From: Patescibacteria group bacterium
GTDB taxonomy: Bacteria; Patescibacteriota; WWE3; UBA101185; UBA10185
DNA: 64,000 bases
Assembly (NCBI GenBank): GCA_049322215.1
Contig: JBMORU010000001.1
Span: 772,023-836,022 of the forward strand
Direction of reading: 5' to 3'
Numbering within the stretch: the stretch's first letter is position 1; every line of letters begins with the position of its first letter. The position numbers were made by a program, and so were the translations under genes. The notes beneath the pieces are model-generated. The model was not told the DNA's origin, did not search any database, and worked only from the letters and a program-made list of their open reading frames with translations. Positions 9,937 through 20,066 of the stretch are shown here, piece after piece.

Positions 9937-10950
9937 ATGTTACGTGATAGACTGCTCAATTTAATTGGTCCTCTACCAGAAAAGGTAGACTTGGATCCTA
10001 AAATTCTAGAAGAATCGGATTGTAAGACATTCATACGAAAAAAAGTAGAATATAGTGTAGAAGGTGGAGAACGCGTAAAAGCTTATTTATGCCACCCTAG
10101 AGATGTATCGGTACCTAAACCTGCTATATTTTGTCATCATCAACATGATGGTAATTGGGTAATTGGTAAAAGCGAGCCTGCCGGTTTAATTGGTAGTGCC
10201 GATATGTTTTATGCTAAAGAACTTGCCGAACGAGGTTTTGTAACAATAACACCCGATTCACTCGGCTTTGAAGAAAGAAATACAAACCCGTACGCAGGAA
10301 TTGATATATTAAATGCGTATGCCCACGAAGATGAATTTATTCACCGCCTTTTAGTAGGATATACGCTTTTCGCCAAAGCATGGCACGATATTTCGATAGC
10401 TATTGACTATGTTCAATCCTTAGAATTTGTAGAAAAGGAAAAAGTTGGTTTCATTGGGCATTCCTTTGGTGGCTATATGGCCTTATTTATTCCTGCATTT
10501 GAGCAAAGAATAAAAGCGGCTGTTTCAAATTGCGGTAGCTTCACTTTTAGAAATTCTATAGACGGTGGCTACAGCGTAATTAAAGAGCTATGCATTCCCG
10601 GGATTGCAAACACATGTGATGTAGATGAAGTTGTTGGCTTGATTGCACCACGAAGTTTGTTAATATCTACCACTAAAAATGACTCATGGAGTAATAGTGC
10701 TGAGTTAATTTTTGATACAGCAAAAGACGCGTTTCCGGACTCTAATTTAGAATTAAAAGTTCATGATGCCGATGGGCATGTTTTTACTAAAGAAATGCGA
10801 AACTACGCCTACAACTTTTTAGACACGCATTTGAATAAGCCTAGCTCAATAAAAGAGGGCAGTAGCGCTGAAAACGAAATAAAAAGTTTAGCTCCGGGTA
10901 AGCCCAAGCTGGATGTTCCCCCGCCACCTTCAGTAAGCAGCATAAAATAG
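9937..10950 (+). CDS. alpha/beta-fold hydrolase (dienelactone hydrolase / acetyl-xylan-esterase-like)
   Basis: GHSFGG nucleophile elbow, later conserved D and H; Pro-rich C-terminal tail. Confidence 0.6.
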   Translation: MLRDRLLNLIGPLPEKVDLDPKILEESDCKTFIRKKVEYSVEGGERVKAYLCHPRDVSVPKPAIFCHHQHDGNWVIGKSEPAGLIGSADMFYAKELAERGFVTITPDSLGFEERNTNPYAGIDILNAYAHEDEFIHRLLVGYTLFAKAWHDISIAIDYVQSLEFVEKEKVGFIGHSFGGYMALFIPAFEQRIKAAVSNCGSFTFRNSIDGGYSVIKELCIPGIANTCDVDEVVGLIAPRSLLISTTKNDSWSNSAELIFDTAKDAFPDSNLELKVHDADGHVFTKEMRNYAYNFLDTHLNKPSSIKEGSSAENEIKSLAPGKPKLDVPPPPSVSSIK

Positions 10951-10961
10951 TATTGCCTTTA

Positions 10962-12143
10962 TTACTCGTATCTTAATGCTTCAATTGGATTTTTTTTGCT
11001 TGCTTTAATTGCAGGGTATGTTCCAAAAATTATTCCTACAAATACTGCAAACCCAAAAGCTACAAACACTGCAGATAAAGGTAATGCTGTTTCTACGAAT
11101 TGTTTAGCTGCTACAGAAAGTAGATAGCCAAGTATTAACCCAACAATCCCTCCAACAGAACTTAGCAAAATAGATTCAATTAAAAATTGTACTGCAACAT
11201 CATTATTAGTAGCTCCGAGAGCTTTTCGTAAACCTATTTCTCTTGTACGCTCTGTAACAGAAACCAACATAATATTCATAATTCCTATTCCTCCTACTAA
11301 AAGTGAAATTCCGGCAATTGCACCTAAACCTATGGTCAATATTTGCAATATATTTTGTATTGAACCAAGAATTTCTTCTTGTGAAATTACAGTGAAGTCG
11401 TCGTCATCCAGATCACGCAATAAGGCTAACTCAATTTCTCTTTTTGCAATATTAACTTGTTCATTGCTAATCACTTTTGTTCCAATGTTACTAAAATTGT
11501 CTATTTCTAGCGTTTCCATTATAGATGTGTAAGGCGTCATAACAACGTCATCAAAGTCCATTCCCTTTTCTTTAAAAGTACCTATTACTTCATAGCTTTC
11601 TGTTCCTATTTCAATGGTTTCACCAATTGGATTTTTTGAGCCAAAAAGCTCTTGTTTAGCAGTATTACCCAAAATTGCCACTTTTTCTTTTCCGCTAATG
11701 TCGGCTTTAGTAAACTTTCTACCGGTATTTAACTCGAAATTGAACACATTCAAAGCTTGTTCGTTCCCCCCGTTTATAGTTGCATTGTAACTATTTGTTT
11801 TGAATATCACTTTTTGTCCCACTCTAATTTGAGGAGTAATTCCTGCCAAGTGTTGTGCTCCATGAGTTTCTATTAATTCTATGTGTTTTTCTCCCAGTTT
11901 ATTTTTGGTTAAATATTTTGCAGGGTCGTCTCCTAAATCTACCTGACCGGGAGAAACCATTAATAAATTCGACCCTAATGCGTTAAATCGATCAGTTATG
12001 TAATTTTGCATTCCCTGTCCAATTGACACCAAAGAAACAACCGAAAAGACACCAATGATAACTCCCAATGTAGTCAAAAAAGAGCGTACTTTATTTGCAC
12101 GTAGGGCAACTGTTGCAGTTTTGAATGTTTCTTCATATTTCAC
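10962..12143 (-). CDS. ABC transporter permease, MacB/FtsX family (orphan copy, no adjacent ATPase)
   Basis: N-terminal TM, large periplasmic domain, C-terminal 3-TM FtsX region; about 50 percent identical by eye to 36074-37255, including the shared KK(N/D)PIEALRYE C-terminus. Confidence 0.75.
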   Translation of the reverse strand: MKYEETFKTATVALRANKVRSFLTTLGVIIGVFSVVSLVSIGQGMQNYITDRFNALGSNLLMVSPGQVDLGDDPAKYLTKNKLGEKHIELIETHGAQHLAGITPQIRVGQKVIFKTNSYNATINGGNEQALNVFNFELNTGRKFTKADISGKEKVAILGNTAKQELFGSKNPIGETIEIGTESYEVIGTFKEKGMDFDDVVMTPYTSIMETLEIDNFSNIGTKVISNEQVNIAKREIELALLRDLDDDDFTVISQEEILGSIQNILQILTIGLGAIAGISLLVGGIGIMNIMLVSVTERTREIGLRKALGATNNDVAVQFLIESILLSSVGGIVGLILGYLLSVAAKQFVETALPLSAVFVAFGFAVFVGIIFGTYPAIKASKKNPIEALRYE

Positions 12144-12183
12144 GTTTATAGATTACCAAAGTATTGTATTTATGGGAAATAGC

Positions 12184-13419
12184 TTAATTTTTATCTAAAG
12201 TAATATAGTAAGTTAAATAAGAGCCTATTGCGGCCAATGCAAAAATCCATTTCCAGGATTCTAAAGAAAGAATAGTAAGAAACCCTACTAATGCGGTAAT
12301 AGCAAGAGATAAGTGTATTACAATTTCTCTGTAAATCATAAAATTTGAGGTTCCTGATTTTTTTGCTTTCTCGTAAGATAGTGTTGTCAAAGGTATTCCA
12401 AACATGGGTGCGTTTAAACGATCTGCCGTATCAATAACATATAAAGCTAAGGGAGTAGTTAAAAATATTCTTGGTAAGTATAACGTCCCATTTATAAATG
12501 CGCCTATTGCGTGTATAACCTTTGGACCATGTTTGTCTAAATACTTTCCTACAATTAGTGTGGAAATTATTGATATAAGCATTGTTACTGACTTTAATGA
12601 CCCAATTGCTATGAAGTTTTTTAAGACTACAAATAATAAAATTGGCCAAAATACCTCGTAAACTAGTGCGTCCATGCCTTGTCCGAAATAGGCTATGGTA
12701 GTTTTTTTAAATTTGCCGTTAAGCAAGTAGTTTTCGATTATATCCGTAGGATTATGCTCCCCGTGCTTCCATTCGCTTACATTAAACAGTATGGGTAATC
12801 CTCCAAACAAAAGTAAAATAATACTAGTAATAAAAAGTACACTAAAACCAAACTTAGCAATTATTAGCCCGCCCAATATGGGTCCTAGTCCATTTGCTAT
12901 TTTTACATAAAATTCTCTTTTTCCTACATTTGTTCCGTATTGCCCATCGTCTTCTTTTAGTTTGTTAATTGAAAAAATATGGAAGGGAATCCAATAAAAA
13001 ACTATTGTTACTCCTGTAAGACACGAAGCAAGAAATAACCATCTTATATCATTTTCAGCTAATAGCCAGCAAACAATAATTAGTATTAGCGCTATAAAGC
13101 TTATAAAAATTGATCTATGAAAGTTAATCTTTGTAAAAATTAATTTGCTAAACCAAAGTGTTATGGCAAGGGTACTTAGTGATCTAAAAAAGAAATAAAT
13201 AAGAATCCAGGCGATCCCGTTTAGCGTATTGTCAGTGTGAAACCAGGTGTACCCGAATGAAGTTTCATAAATAAATATAGGTAAAAAAACACCAATTAAA
13301 GCTAAAGCAAAGGCTCTTATACCCTCTGTCAAATATAATGCGGCAGCTTCGCTTATTCGCGTTTCTACTGGATTAATTAAATGATGTGAACTTAGTTTTG
13401 TATTGTGATTTAAAGGCAC
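12184..13419 (-). CDS. polytopic membrane transporter (MFS-like, about 12 TM)
   Basis: hydrophobicity pattern only. Confidence 0.4.
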   Translation of the reverse strand: MPLNHNTKLSSHHLINPVETRISEAAALYLTEGIRAFALALIGVFLPIFIYETSFGYTWFHTDNTLNGIAWILIYFFFRSLSTLAITLWFSKLIFTKINFHRSIFISFIALILIIVCWLLAENDIRWLFLASCLTGVTIVFYWIPFHIFSINKLKEDDGQYGTNVGKREFYVKIANGLGPILGGLIIAKFGFSVLFITSIILLLFGGLPILFNVSEWKHGEHNPTDIIENYLLNGKFKKTTIAYFGQGMDALVYEVFWPILLFVVLKNFIAIGSLKSVTMLISIISTLIVGKYLDKHGPKVIHAIGAFINGTLYLPRIFLTTPLALYVIDTADRLNAPMFGIPLTTLSYEKAKKSGTSNFMIYREIVIHLSLAITALVGFLTILSLESWKWIFALAAIGSYLTYYITLDKN

Positions 13420-13499
13420 AGTAATAAAATTATTGCTTTTTTACGCCTGCTAAACAAGTCTTATTACAAAAAAAACTGGACATGATATAATTTTTTCGC

Positions 13500-14417
13500 A
13501 TGAAAAAACATAGACCTGTAACTAAAGCCGTAATTGCTGCCGCTGGGTATGGTACCCGATTTTTACCTGCAACTAAAAATCAGCCAAAAGAAATGCTTCC
13601 AATTATAGATAAGCCTATAATTCATTACGTGGTAGAGGAAGCCGTTAAATCTGGTATTACAGATATAATATTAGTTTCACGAGCAGGGCAACATGTTATG
13701 GAAGATTATTTTGATAATCATTTAGAACTAGAGCACGCGTTAAGAGAAGCTGGAAAAACTGACCGCTTAAAAATGGTGCAAGAAATACCCCAAATGGCAA
13801 ACTTTGTGTACGTAAGGCAAAAGGGAAATTTACCTTATGGAAATGCCTCACCTTTAATAGCTGCAAAAAAATTAATAGATGATGATGAGGCTTTTGTATA
13901 TATGTTTGCAGACGATATAACCTTAGGTAATCCCCCAATAACAAGGCAGTTAATTGAAGTTTACAACGAGTATCATCCTTCGGCTGTTTTGGCCACCCAA
14001 GAAGTTCCATGGAATCAAGTTTACCGCTATGCTACTTTAGAATTTAAAAAAGACGCTAGTTATGCTTATGCTATGGCCAAGGGCTACGAAAAATTAAATG
14101 AAGCTGAAGCCCCTTCAAATATGATTCAGGTGGGACGTTTTGTGTTTACTCACGATGTAATTAAAGCCGTAGAAACATGTCCTACAGGAAAAGACGGTGA
14201 ATTATGGATGATAGACGTTTTAAATCAAGTTGCACATGAGGGTAAAAAGGTATATGCAGCACCATACGATGGAGAGTGGTTAACTACAGGAGATCCCTTA
14301 AACTTTATGAAAGCTATGTTTCGTGTTTCTATGGAAAGAGAAGATTTAAGAGATGACATACTAGACTACTTAAAACGTGAAATTTTGTCTTATTCTGAGT
14401 ACTACAACTCAAACTAG
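13500..14417 (+). CDS. galU: UTP--glucose-1-phosphate uridylyltransferase-like sugar nucleotidyltransferase
   Basis: KAVIAAAGYGTRFLPATKNQPKEMLPIIDKP N-terminal nucleotidyltransferase motif typical of UGPase. Confidence 0.7.
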   Translation: MKKHRPVTKAVIAAAGYGTRFLPATKNQPKEMLPIIDKPIIHYVVEEAVKSGITDIILVSRAGQHVMEDYFDNHLELEHALREAGKTDRLKMVQEIPQMANFVYVRQKGNLPYGNASPLIAAKKLIDDDEAFVYMFADDITLGNPPITRQLIEVYNEYHPSAVLATQEVPWNQVYRYATLEFKKDASYAYAMAKGYEKLNEAEAPSNMIQVGRFVFTHDVIKAVETCPTGKDGELWMIDVLNQVAHEGKKVYAAPYDGEWLTTGDPLNFMKAMFRVSMEREDLRDDILDYLKREILSYSEYYNSN

Positions 14418-14446
14418 ACACAACTCGTGCTAAAATTCAGTGAACT

Positions 14447-15121
14447 ATGCAAAAGCTTACAAGTTTAAAAAAGCTTGGAGTATCAGCTAACTCTAAAATA
14501 TTATTAGTATTTCCTCATCCTGACGATGAGGCAGTATTTACCGGGGGTTTAATACAATTTAGTTTAAAAGCCCGTGCTGATCTTAAATTGATAGTGCTAA
14601 CAAAGGGTGAATCAAGCACCCTAAGACATGGTTTAAAAGAAACCCAAGATCTTGCTATTGAGCGTGAAAAAGAATTAAAAAAAGCATGTACTTTGTTAGG
14701 ACTAAAAAATTGTACACAATGTTCTTATGCTGATGGCTCTTTAGGCAGCACACAGCATGAGGTTACCGAATTTTTGTATGAGCAAATAAAGAGTTATAAT
14801 CCTGATTTTGTAGTTACATACGAACCTCAAGGGGTATATGGGCACGTAGACCATGTTCTTACATCAAAAATCATAACTAGTTTAAAACATGAGCTAAATT
14901 TTAAAATACTTTATGCCACAATTCATTTGGACTCTGAAGTTACTAAAGAAGTTTTTCCGTTAGAACCTAATATTATGTTGGAATTATCATCCTTGGATTT
15001 GGTAAAAAAACTTTTTGCTGTTTTATCGCATAAAAGCCAGTTTAGAGTTCACAAGCTTGATTCCTGGAAATGGATTAAACTCGCTATTTCAAAAAAAGAA
15101 TACTTTCACTTAATGTATTAG
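14447..15121 (+). CDS. PIG-L/LmbE family N-acetylglucosaminyl deacetylase
   Basis: ILLVFPHPDDEAVFTGG signature and HxDH (GHVDHV) motif. Confidence 0.7.
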   Translation: MQKLTSLKKLGVSANSKILLVFPHPDDEAVFTGGLIQFSLKARADLKLIVLTKGESSTLRHGLKETQDLAIEREKELKKACTLLGLKNCTQCSYADGSLGSTQHEVTEFLYEQIKSYNPDFVVTYEPQGVYGHVDHVLTSKIITSLKHELNFKILYATIHLDSEVTKEVFPLEPNIMLELSSLDLVKKLFAVLSHKSQFRVHKLDSWKWIKLAISKKEYFHLMY

Positions 15122-15130
15122 AATTTATTT

Positions 15131-15403
15131 ATGCAATGTCGTATATATTCAATTCAAGGGCGTGTTCAAGGTGTGGGGTTTAGGTGGTCCACGCTGCAAA
15201 AAGCGCGAGAACTAAAAATTTCGGGTACTGTAAAAAACTTATCAAATGGGGAAGTCGAATTATTTGCTTGTGGTGACACATGGCAACTTGAGCAATTAGA
15301 AAACTGGCTAAATAATGGAGGTCCTAAATTTAGCAAAATAGTCAATATTAGTGCTGAAAATGTAAGTATTGAAGTTTTGCCAATTGGTTTTGAAATTATT
15401 TAG
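15131..15403 (+). CDS. acyP: acylphosphatase
   Basis: RVQGVGFRWST ... GTVKNLSNGEVELFACG matches the acylphosphatase signatures. Confidence 0.7.
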   Translation: MQCRIYSIQGRVQGVGFRWSTLQKARELKISGTVKNLSNGEVELFACGDTWQLEQLENWLNNGGPKFSKIVNISAENVSIEVLPIGFEII

Positions 15404-17093
15404 ACTCAATAGGATCAAGTCTTTTAAACAAAGGCACCGGCTTCACCTTCGTATCAATGTTATCCATAATATTTTGAATATCCCTTATTTCTTGACTTAT
15501 TTCAGGCCAAAAGTTTTGATCTTTTATGTTAAGTAAGTTAAATATATTTTTTGATGCATCAGGTAATAATGGTATTAAAAGAGTTGCAAGTGCAACTACA
15601 ATTGAATATAAAGTTGCTATTTCACTTGAAAACTTTTCTGCATTTGTCTTTTTTGACTCCCAAACAGTGTTTTCGTTTACATATTCATTTCCTTTGGAAG
15701 ATAGTTCAAGTACTACCTGTAAGTAGTCTCTAAATTGCGCTTTTTCTAAATAATCTCGCGCATTAGCAAAAGATTCTTCGATTTTTGTTTTTATATTTGA
15801 GTCCATTTTTGTGGAGTCTAACTTGGTATCTATTCCAAGGGATAAGGTTCTTTGTATAAAATTCCCAAGATTATTTACTAAGTCACCATTTACACGTTCT
15901 ACAAAGTCTTCCCATGAAAAGCTTGAATCTTTTGTTTCAGGCATTATTAGTGTTAAATAAAATCTAACAGCGTCATTTCCGTATTCGTTAACAATGTCTT
16001 CTATTTTAATAGAATGTCCTCGACTTTTTGAAAATTGTTTTCCAGCAAAATTTAAATATTGATTAATTGCTTGTACATCTGGTAGGTGTAGGCTTTTATC
16101 AAATACTTTAAGTTTCGCAGGCCAAAATAGAGTATGAAACACTAGATTGTCTTTTCCCATGAAATAGTAGTGCGTAATTTCGTTGTTATTTTTGTTATCG
16201 TACCAAAACTTTTCCCACGCATTTGGTTCTTTTACTATTTCTTTAGCCCACTCTATAGAGGCAGAGTAGTATCCAATTACTGCGTCAAACCACACATAAA
16301 ATCTTTTATTGTTAATGTTTTCTATTTGTTTATCTTTTGGAATTTGGTCTATAGGTAAGGGCACACCCCAATCTAAATCTCTTGTAATAGCTCTTGATTG
16401 CAGTCCTTCCTTTAGCCATCCCTTTGTTTGTTGATAAACCCAGTTTTTCCAATAGTATTTTTTGCTAGTCTCGTCTATGTATTTTTCTAAATTTAAGTTT
16501 TTTTGTGCCTTTTCCCAGTTTACAAAATAGTGTTCGGTGTCTTTTAATATTACCGGATCTCCGGAAATGTTGCTTTTTGGATTTATAACTTCACCCTGGT
16601 TAATTAATTTTCCGCAGTCATCACATTGATCACTTCTAGCTTCTTCAAAGCCACAAAATGGACATTCACCTACTACATATCTATCAGGCAAAAATCTATT
16701 TTCAGTGGGGGAGAAGTATTGTTTTTGAGTTTTGATTTCTATGTAGTCATTCTCAAGTAAGCTTAAAAAAAATGCCTGTGTTATTTCAGCATGATTTTTT
16801 GTATCAGTTTTTGTGTAATTGTCGTAACTAAGTTTTAAAACATTCTTAAATAAATGTACGTCTTTGGCGTGATATTCTTTAACAATGTCTGGAGGAGTTA
16901 GACCTTTTTTATCTGCCTCTACAGTTATAGGTGTTCCATGGCAGTCTGAACCAGAAACCATTAAAACGTTGTTTCCTATTGCCCGGTGAAAACGCGCACA
17001 AATATCTGCAGGCAACAAATAGCCTGCTAGGTGTCCAATGTGAAGTTCTCCATTTACATATGGCCAGGCAATAGCCACTAGTACGTTTTTGCT
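15396..17093 (-). CDS. metG: methionine--tRNA ligase
   Basis: WPYVNGELHIGHLAGY (HIGH), CPFCG...CDDCG zinc knuckles, QFSKSRG (KMSKS-like); start taken at MSKNV rather than ORF-track 17129. Confidence 0.85.
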   Translation of the reverse strand, partial: SKNVLVAIAWPYVNGELHIGHLAGYLLPADICARFHRAIGNNVLMVSGSDCHGTPITVEADKKGLTPPDIVKEYHAKDVHLFKNVLKLSYDNYTKTDTKNHAEITQAFFLSLLENDYIEIKTQKQYFSPTENRFLPDRYVVGECPFCGFEEARSDQCDDCGKLINQGEVINPKSNISGDPVILKDTEHYFVNWEKAQKNLNLEKYIDETSKKYYWKNWVYQQTKGWLKEGLQSRAITRDLDWGVPLPIDQIPKDKQIENINNKRFYVWFDAVIGYYSASIEWAKEIVKEPNAWEKFWYDNKNNNEITHYYFMGKDNLVFHTLFWPAKLKVFDKSLHLPDVQAINQYLNFAGKQFSKSRGHSIKIEDIVNEYGNDAVRFYLTLIMPETKDSSFSWEDFVERVNGDLVNNLGNFIQRTLSLGIDTKLDSTKMDSNIKTKIEESFANARDYLEKAQFRDYLQVVLELSSKGNEYVNENTVWESKKTNAEKFSSEIATLYSIVVALATLLIPLLPDASKNIFNLLNIKDQNFWPEISQEIRDIQNIMDNIDTKVKPVPLFKRLDPIESK

Positions 17094-17117
17094 CATAGCA
17101 ATGGTATTATACATTTT

Positions 17118-18365
17118 ATGAGCAAACATAAAAGAATTGTAATTTTGGGTGGTGGATTTGGTGGAGTTTATACATTTAAAAATTTAGTTCCCTTAGTTAA
17201 AAATGTTGCCGATATAACACTTATCAATGATACAAACTTTTTTTTGTTTACGCCTATGCTTCATGAAGTAGCTACTGGGGGCTTAGGTACTCATCATATT
17301 ACGCAGCCTTTACGTACAATAACTTCAAATGAAAAAGCAAAACTCATAATAGGTAAGGTAACAAAAATAAACTTAAGTGAAAGAAAAGTTTTTGTAGACT
17401 CACAGGTTATAGAGTACGACTATTTAGTTTTGGCTCTTGGTGCAAATAGTAACTTTTTTGGAATAGAAGGAGCTGAAAGTCATTGCTTTCCCCTTAAAAC
17501 CTTAGAAGATGCAGCTAAGCTAAAAAATCATTTTATAGATATGTTTGACACTGCATGTACTGTGAACTCTGCTGAAGTCAGAAAACGTTTACTTTCCTTT
17601 GTAGTTGTAGGTGGAGGTGCCACAGGTGTAGAACTTGCTGCCGAAATGTCTGAGTTTTTTTATGATACACTCTGCGATTTATATCCTGAAATAGATAAAA
17701 AAGAAGTGCATATAACTCTACTTGATAACGGTAATAGGTTGTTAGCACAGTTTCCAGAATCAATGAGCAATCAAGCTGCTAAAGTGCTATTTGAAAAAAA
17801 TATTGAAGTTAAACTAAATGCACAAGTTGTTAGTGTTGATAAAAATAAAGTAACTTTAAAAGATGGGTTAGTCATGCCAACTGCTACCGTTGTATGGACG
17901 GCAGGAGTTAAACCGTATTTGCCTACCTTTGAAGAAAACTACCCAGTATGCACTAAAGACCGTATACATGTTAACGAATACTTGCAACTTGAAAATTACT
18001 CAAACGTTTATGCTCTTGGAGATATAGCTTGTTGTGTTGATAAAGAAACAGGGAAACCCTACCCTATGTTAGCGCAAGTTGCTACAAAACAGGCTTCCGT
18101 AGTTGCGCACAATATTTATCAAAATATTCTTGAGCAAAATGATAATATGCAGGAATTTTATTTTAAAGAGGCTGGTTTGCTAGTGTCTTTAGGACAATGG
18201 GAAGCCTCAGGAATAGTAAAGGGAATGAAAGTATCTGGTGTGTTTGCCTGGTGGCTTTGGAGAACTGTTTACTTAACCAAATTTATTTCTTGGCCCAAAC
18301 GCTTAAAAATTGCCTTAGATTGGACTATTAACATATTTTCTAATAGAGATATTTCAAAACTTTAG
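17118..18365 (+). CDS. ndh: type II NADH dehydrogenase / FAD-dependent pyridine nucleotide-disulfide oxidoreductase
   Basis: KRIVILGGGFGGVYT and VVVGGGATGVELAAE dinucleotide-binding motifs. Confidence 0.7.
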   Translation: MSKHKRIVILGGGFGGVYTFKNLVPLVKNVADITLINDTNFFLFTPMLHEVATGGLGTHHITQPLRTITSNEKAKLIIGKVTKINLSERKVFVDSQVIEYDYLVLALGANSNFFGIEGAESHCFPLKTLEDAAKLKNHFIDMFDTACTVNSAEVRKRLLSFVVVGGGATGVELAAEMSEFFYDTLCDLYPEIDKKEVHITLLDNGNRLLAQFPESMSNQAAKVLFEKNIEVKLNAQVVSVDKNKVTLKDGLVMPTATVVWTAGVKPYLPTFEENYPVCTKDRIHVNEYLQLENYSNVYALGDIACCVDKETGKPYPMLAQVATKQASVVAHNIYQNILEQNDNMQEFYFKEAGLLVSLGQWEASGIVKGMKVSGVFAWWLWRTVYLTKFISWPKRLKIALDWTINIFSNRDISKL

Positions 18366-18433
18366 CTTTTTATTTGTGTGACCTATCTTCTATTTTTCCG
18401 TTAAACTAGTTATCAAACTAAAAGGAGACAAAA

Positions 18434-19192
18434 ATGACGAATTTTTTTGTGCAAAGTTGCGCAGAAAACTACTGGTTTGTTTTACCGCCTGGAATATCGG
18501 GGACTGAGTGGCATGTTCCTGCAAGGCAGTTGCCCCTGCTAGACGCGATTAGTGTGCCTAAAAACACATCTGTGCTTCATTTAGGTGACATTAGAGGCGA
18601 AAAGGTTGGAGTAAGAACATCCTGGCTAGCAGATGTAATGGCACTTCTAGATGATTTTCTTGGCAAACACCCTTTTATTTCAAAGGTAGTTGTTCACTCA
18701 GAAAGTGCATTAGGATGGAAAGATGGCGAGGCTGCCGCTCGTAAAGAATTCTGGGCAAGGCTAGCCTCACTATCAAAGGCATCCGCTGCTGAAATAGTGA
18801 TTGAAAACAGCATTATTCTCAACCCTAGCAATAGGTACGATTTTGTAAGGTATCCTTTTGTTTTGGCTAAAGAAATTAGCCAATTTGGGTTAAGAATGAC
18901 TTTAGATGTAGGTCATGCATTAGTTTTTCATCCACTATCTGAACTTATGCCATTAGTTGCCAACAATCACAAAGTGGGTCACTTACATTTAGGTGATTGG
19001 CAACCCAGCAAAAAACCAAACGGAAATCATTCTTTACCTTTGGGTACTGGTGTTTTACCGTTACCGGAAATTCTTGATAGGTATGCTGGTGATTCGTGTA
19101 CTTTAGAAGTAGGATGGGGAAAACTAAAAACATTACAGTCAGTTTTTGCACTCAATGCAAGTAGGGCAAAAGTTACACTGGGGGTTACTTAA
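18434..19192 (+). CDS. xylose-isomerase-like TIM-barrel protein (sugar phosphate isomerase/epimerase, AP-endonuclease-2 fold)
   Basis: LDVGHA and GHLHLGD metal-site motifs; noticeably GC-richer than neighbours. Confidence 0.45.
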   Translation: MTNFFVQSCAENYWFVLPPGISGTEWHVPARQLPLLDAISVPKNTSVLHLGDIRGEKVGVRTSWLADVMALLDDFLGKHPFISKVVVHSESALGWKDGEAAARKEFWARLASLSKASAAEIVIENSIILNPSNRYDFVRYPFVLAKEISQFGLRMTLDVGHALVFHPLSELMPLVANNHKVGHLHLGDWQPSKKPNGNHSLPLGTGVLPLPEILDRYAGDSCTLEVGWGKLKTLQSVFALNASRAKVTLGVT

Positions 19193-19204
19193 GCTAAATA
19201 GCTT

Positions 19205-19945
19205 TTAAGTAACTTCCAGTATTTTTTTTATTCTCTCCAACCTTTCAGAGGTACCAACATCTTCCCAAAGGGTGTTTTGAGGATAAATAAAGGCTTTTAC
19301 ATCTTCTTTATTTGTTAAAAGAGTAGTATATAAATCATCATCCCCAAAAAGTCCCCAAAATACATTTTCTGGAATTAACTTTAAATGTGCTTTGTTTATT
19401 ATATGTTGAGACGCAAACACAAGTTTTGTTTTGGTATTTCCGTACTTGTTTCGGGCGGCTTCTGTAATATTGAAGTTATCATCTATACCTATGCTCTTTG
19501 CATAGGCGTCTTCGTTTTTATTAACTAATGCTAGCGTAGCTACTTGGGTGCCGTTTTTATGAAAATTAAGTAGTTTACTAAAATCTAAATTGGTTACTAT
19601 ATCAGCGTTGCAAACTAAAATGTCTTCGTTTTCATGTATAAAGTTTTCAGTTTTTTTTAAATCGCCTCCTGTTCCTAAAAGGTTATTTTCGGGTAGTTCT
19701 ATAAATTTTACTTTTAAGTGTTTGTAGTTATTTTTATATCTATCATAAAATTTTTCTGGGAAGTATCTTACTGTAATGATAACGTCACTTATTTTAGTGA
19801 GCGATATTCTATCAAGCGTGTATTCAATTAAAGGTTTCCCATTAACTTCTACAAGAGGTTTTGGAAGAGAATATGTAAGAGGACGTAGTCTAGTACCCAA
19901 GCCGCTCGCTAAAATTACTGCTGTTTTTACGTGTTTTTTTATCAT
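19205..19945 (-). CDS. sugar-phosphate nucleotidyltransferase (NDP-sugar pyrophosphorylase)
   Basis: AVILASGLGTRLRPLTYSLPKPLVEVNGKPLIEY; ORF track starts 19981, the internal Met (MIKKH) is more likely. Confidence 0.65.
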   Translation of the reverse strand: MIKKHVKTAVILASGLGTRLRPLTYSLPKPLVEVNGKPLIEYTLDRISLTKISDVIITVRYFPEKFYDRYKNNYKHLKVKFIELPENNLLGTGGDLKKTENFIHENEDILVCNADIVTNLDFSKLLNFHKNGTQVATLALVNKNEDAYAKSIGIDDNFNITEAARNKYGNTKTKLVFASQHIINKAHLKLIPENVFWGLFGDDDLYTTLLTNKEDVKAFIYPQNTLWEDVGTSERLERIKKILEVT

Positions 19946-20066
19946 AGTGCTGTTATAACGAAATTTTACTATATTAATCACTCCTTGACTTATTTATATA
20001 AATATTTTATAAACTTAAGTTATAGTTTGTATACTATAAGTTTCTGCCCAATCTAAAGGAAAAATA

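Noticed and set aside
11332-11532. Small ORFs antisense to, or nested inside, large well-supported genes (also 1514-1702, 2398-2583, 12404-12661, 13696-14010, 15526-15733, 16170-16358, 17578-17763, 18945-19151, 20163-20354, 21166-21381, 22094-22357, 23503-23721, 25040-25237, 25393-25578, 25803-26000, 26577-27035, 27973-28158, 29204-29482, 34722-34952, 35044-35226, 36235-36423, 39107-39289, 39535-39744, 40270-40527, 42466-42864, 42611-42823, 42869-43129, 43636-43881, 45676-46010, 46307-46534, 49418-49624, 50177-50784, 51504-51749, 53798-53980, 55312-55509, 55958-56140, 56839-57069, 57226-57546, 58542-59039, 59848-60096, 61521-61790, 61922-62107, 62264-62467)
   Set aside because: Each is embedded in, or antisense to, a longer ORF with a clear RBS and recognisable protein motifs, so each is most likely a non-coding shadow frame.
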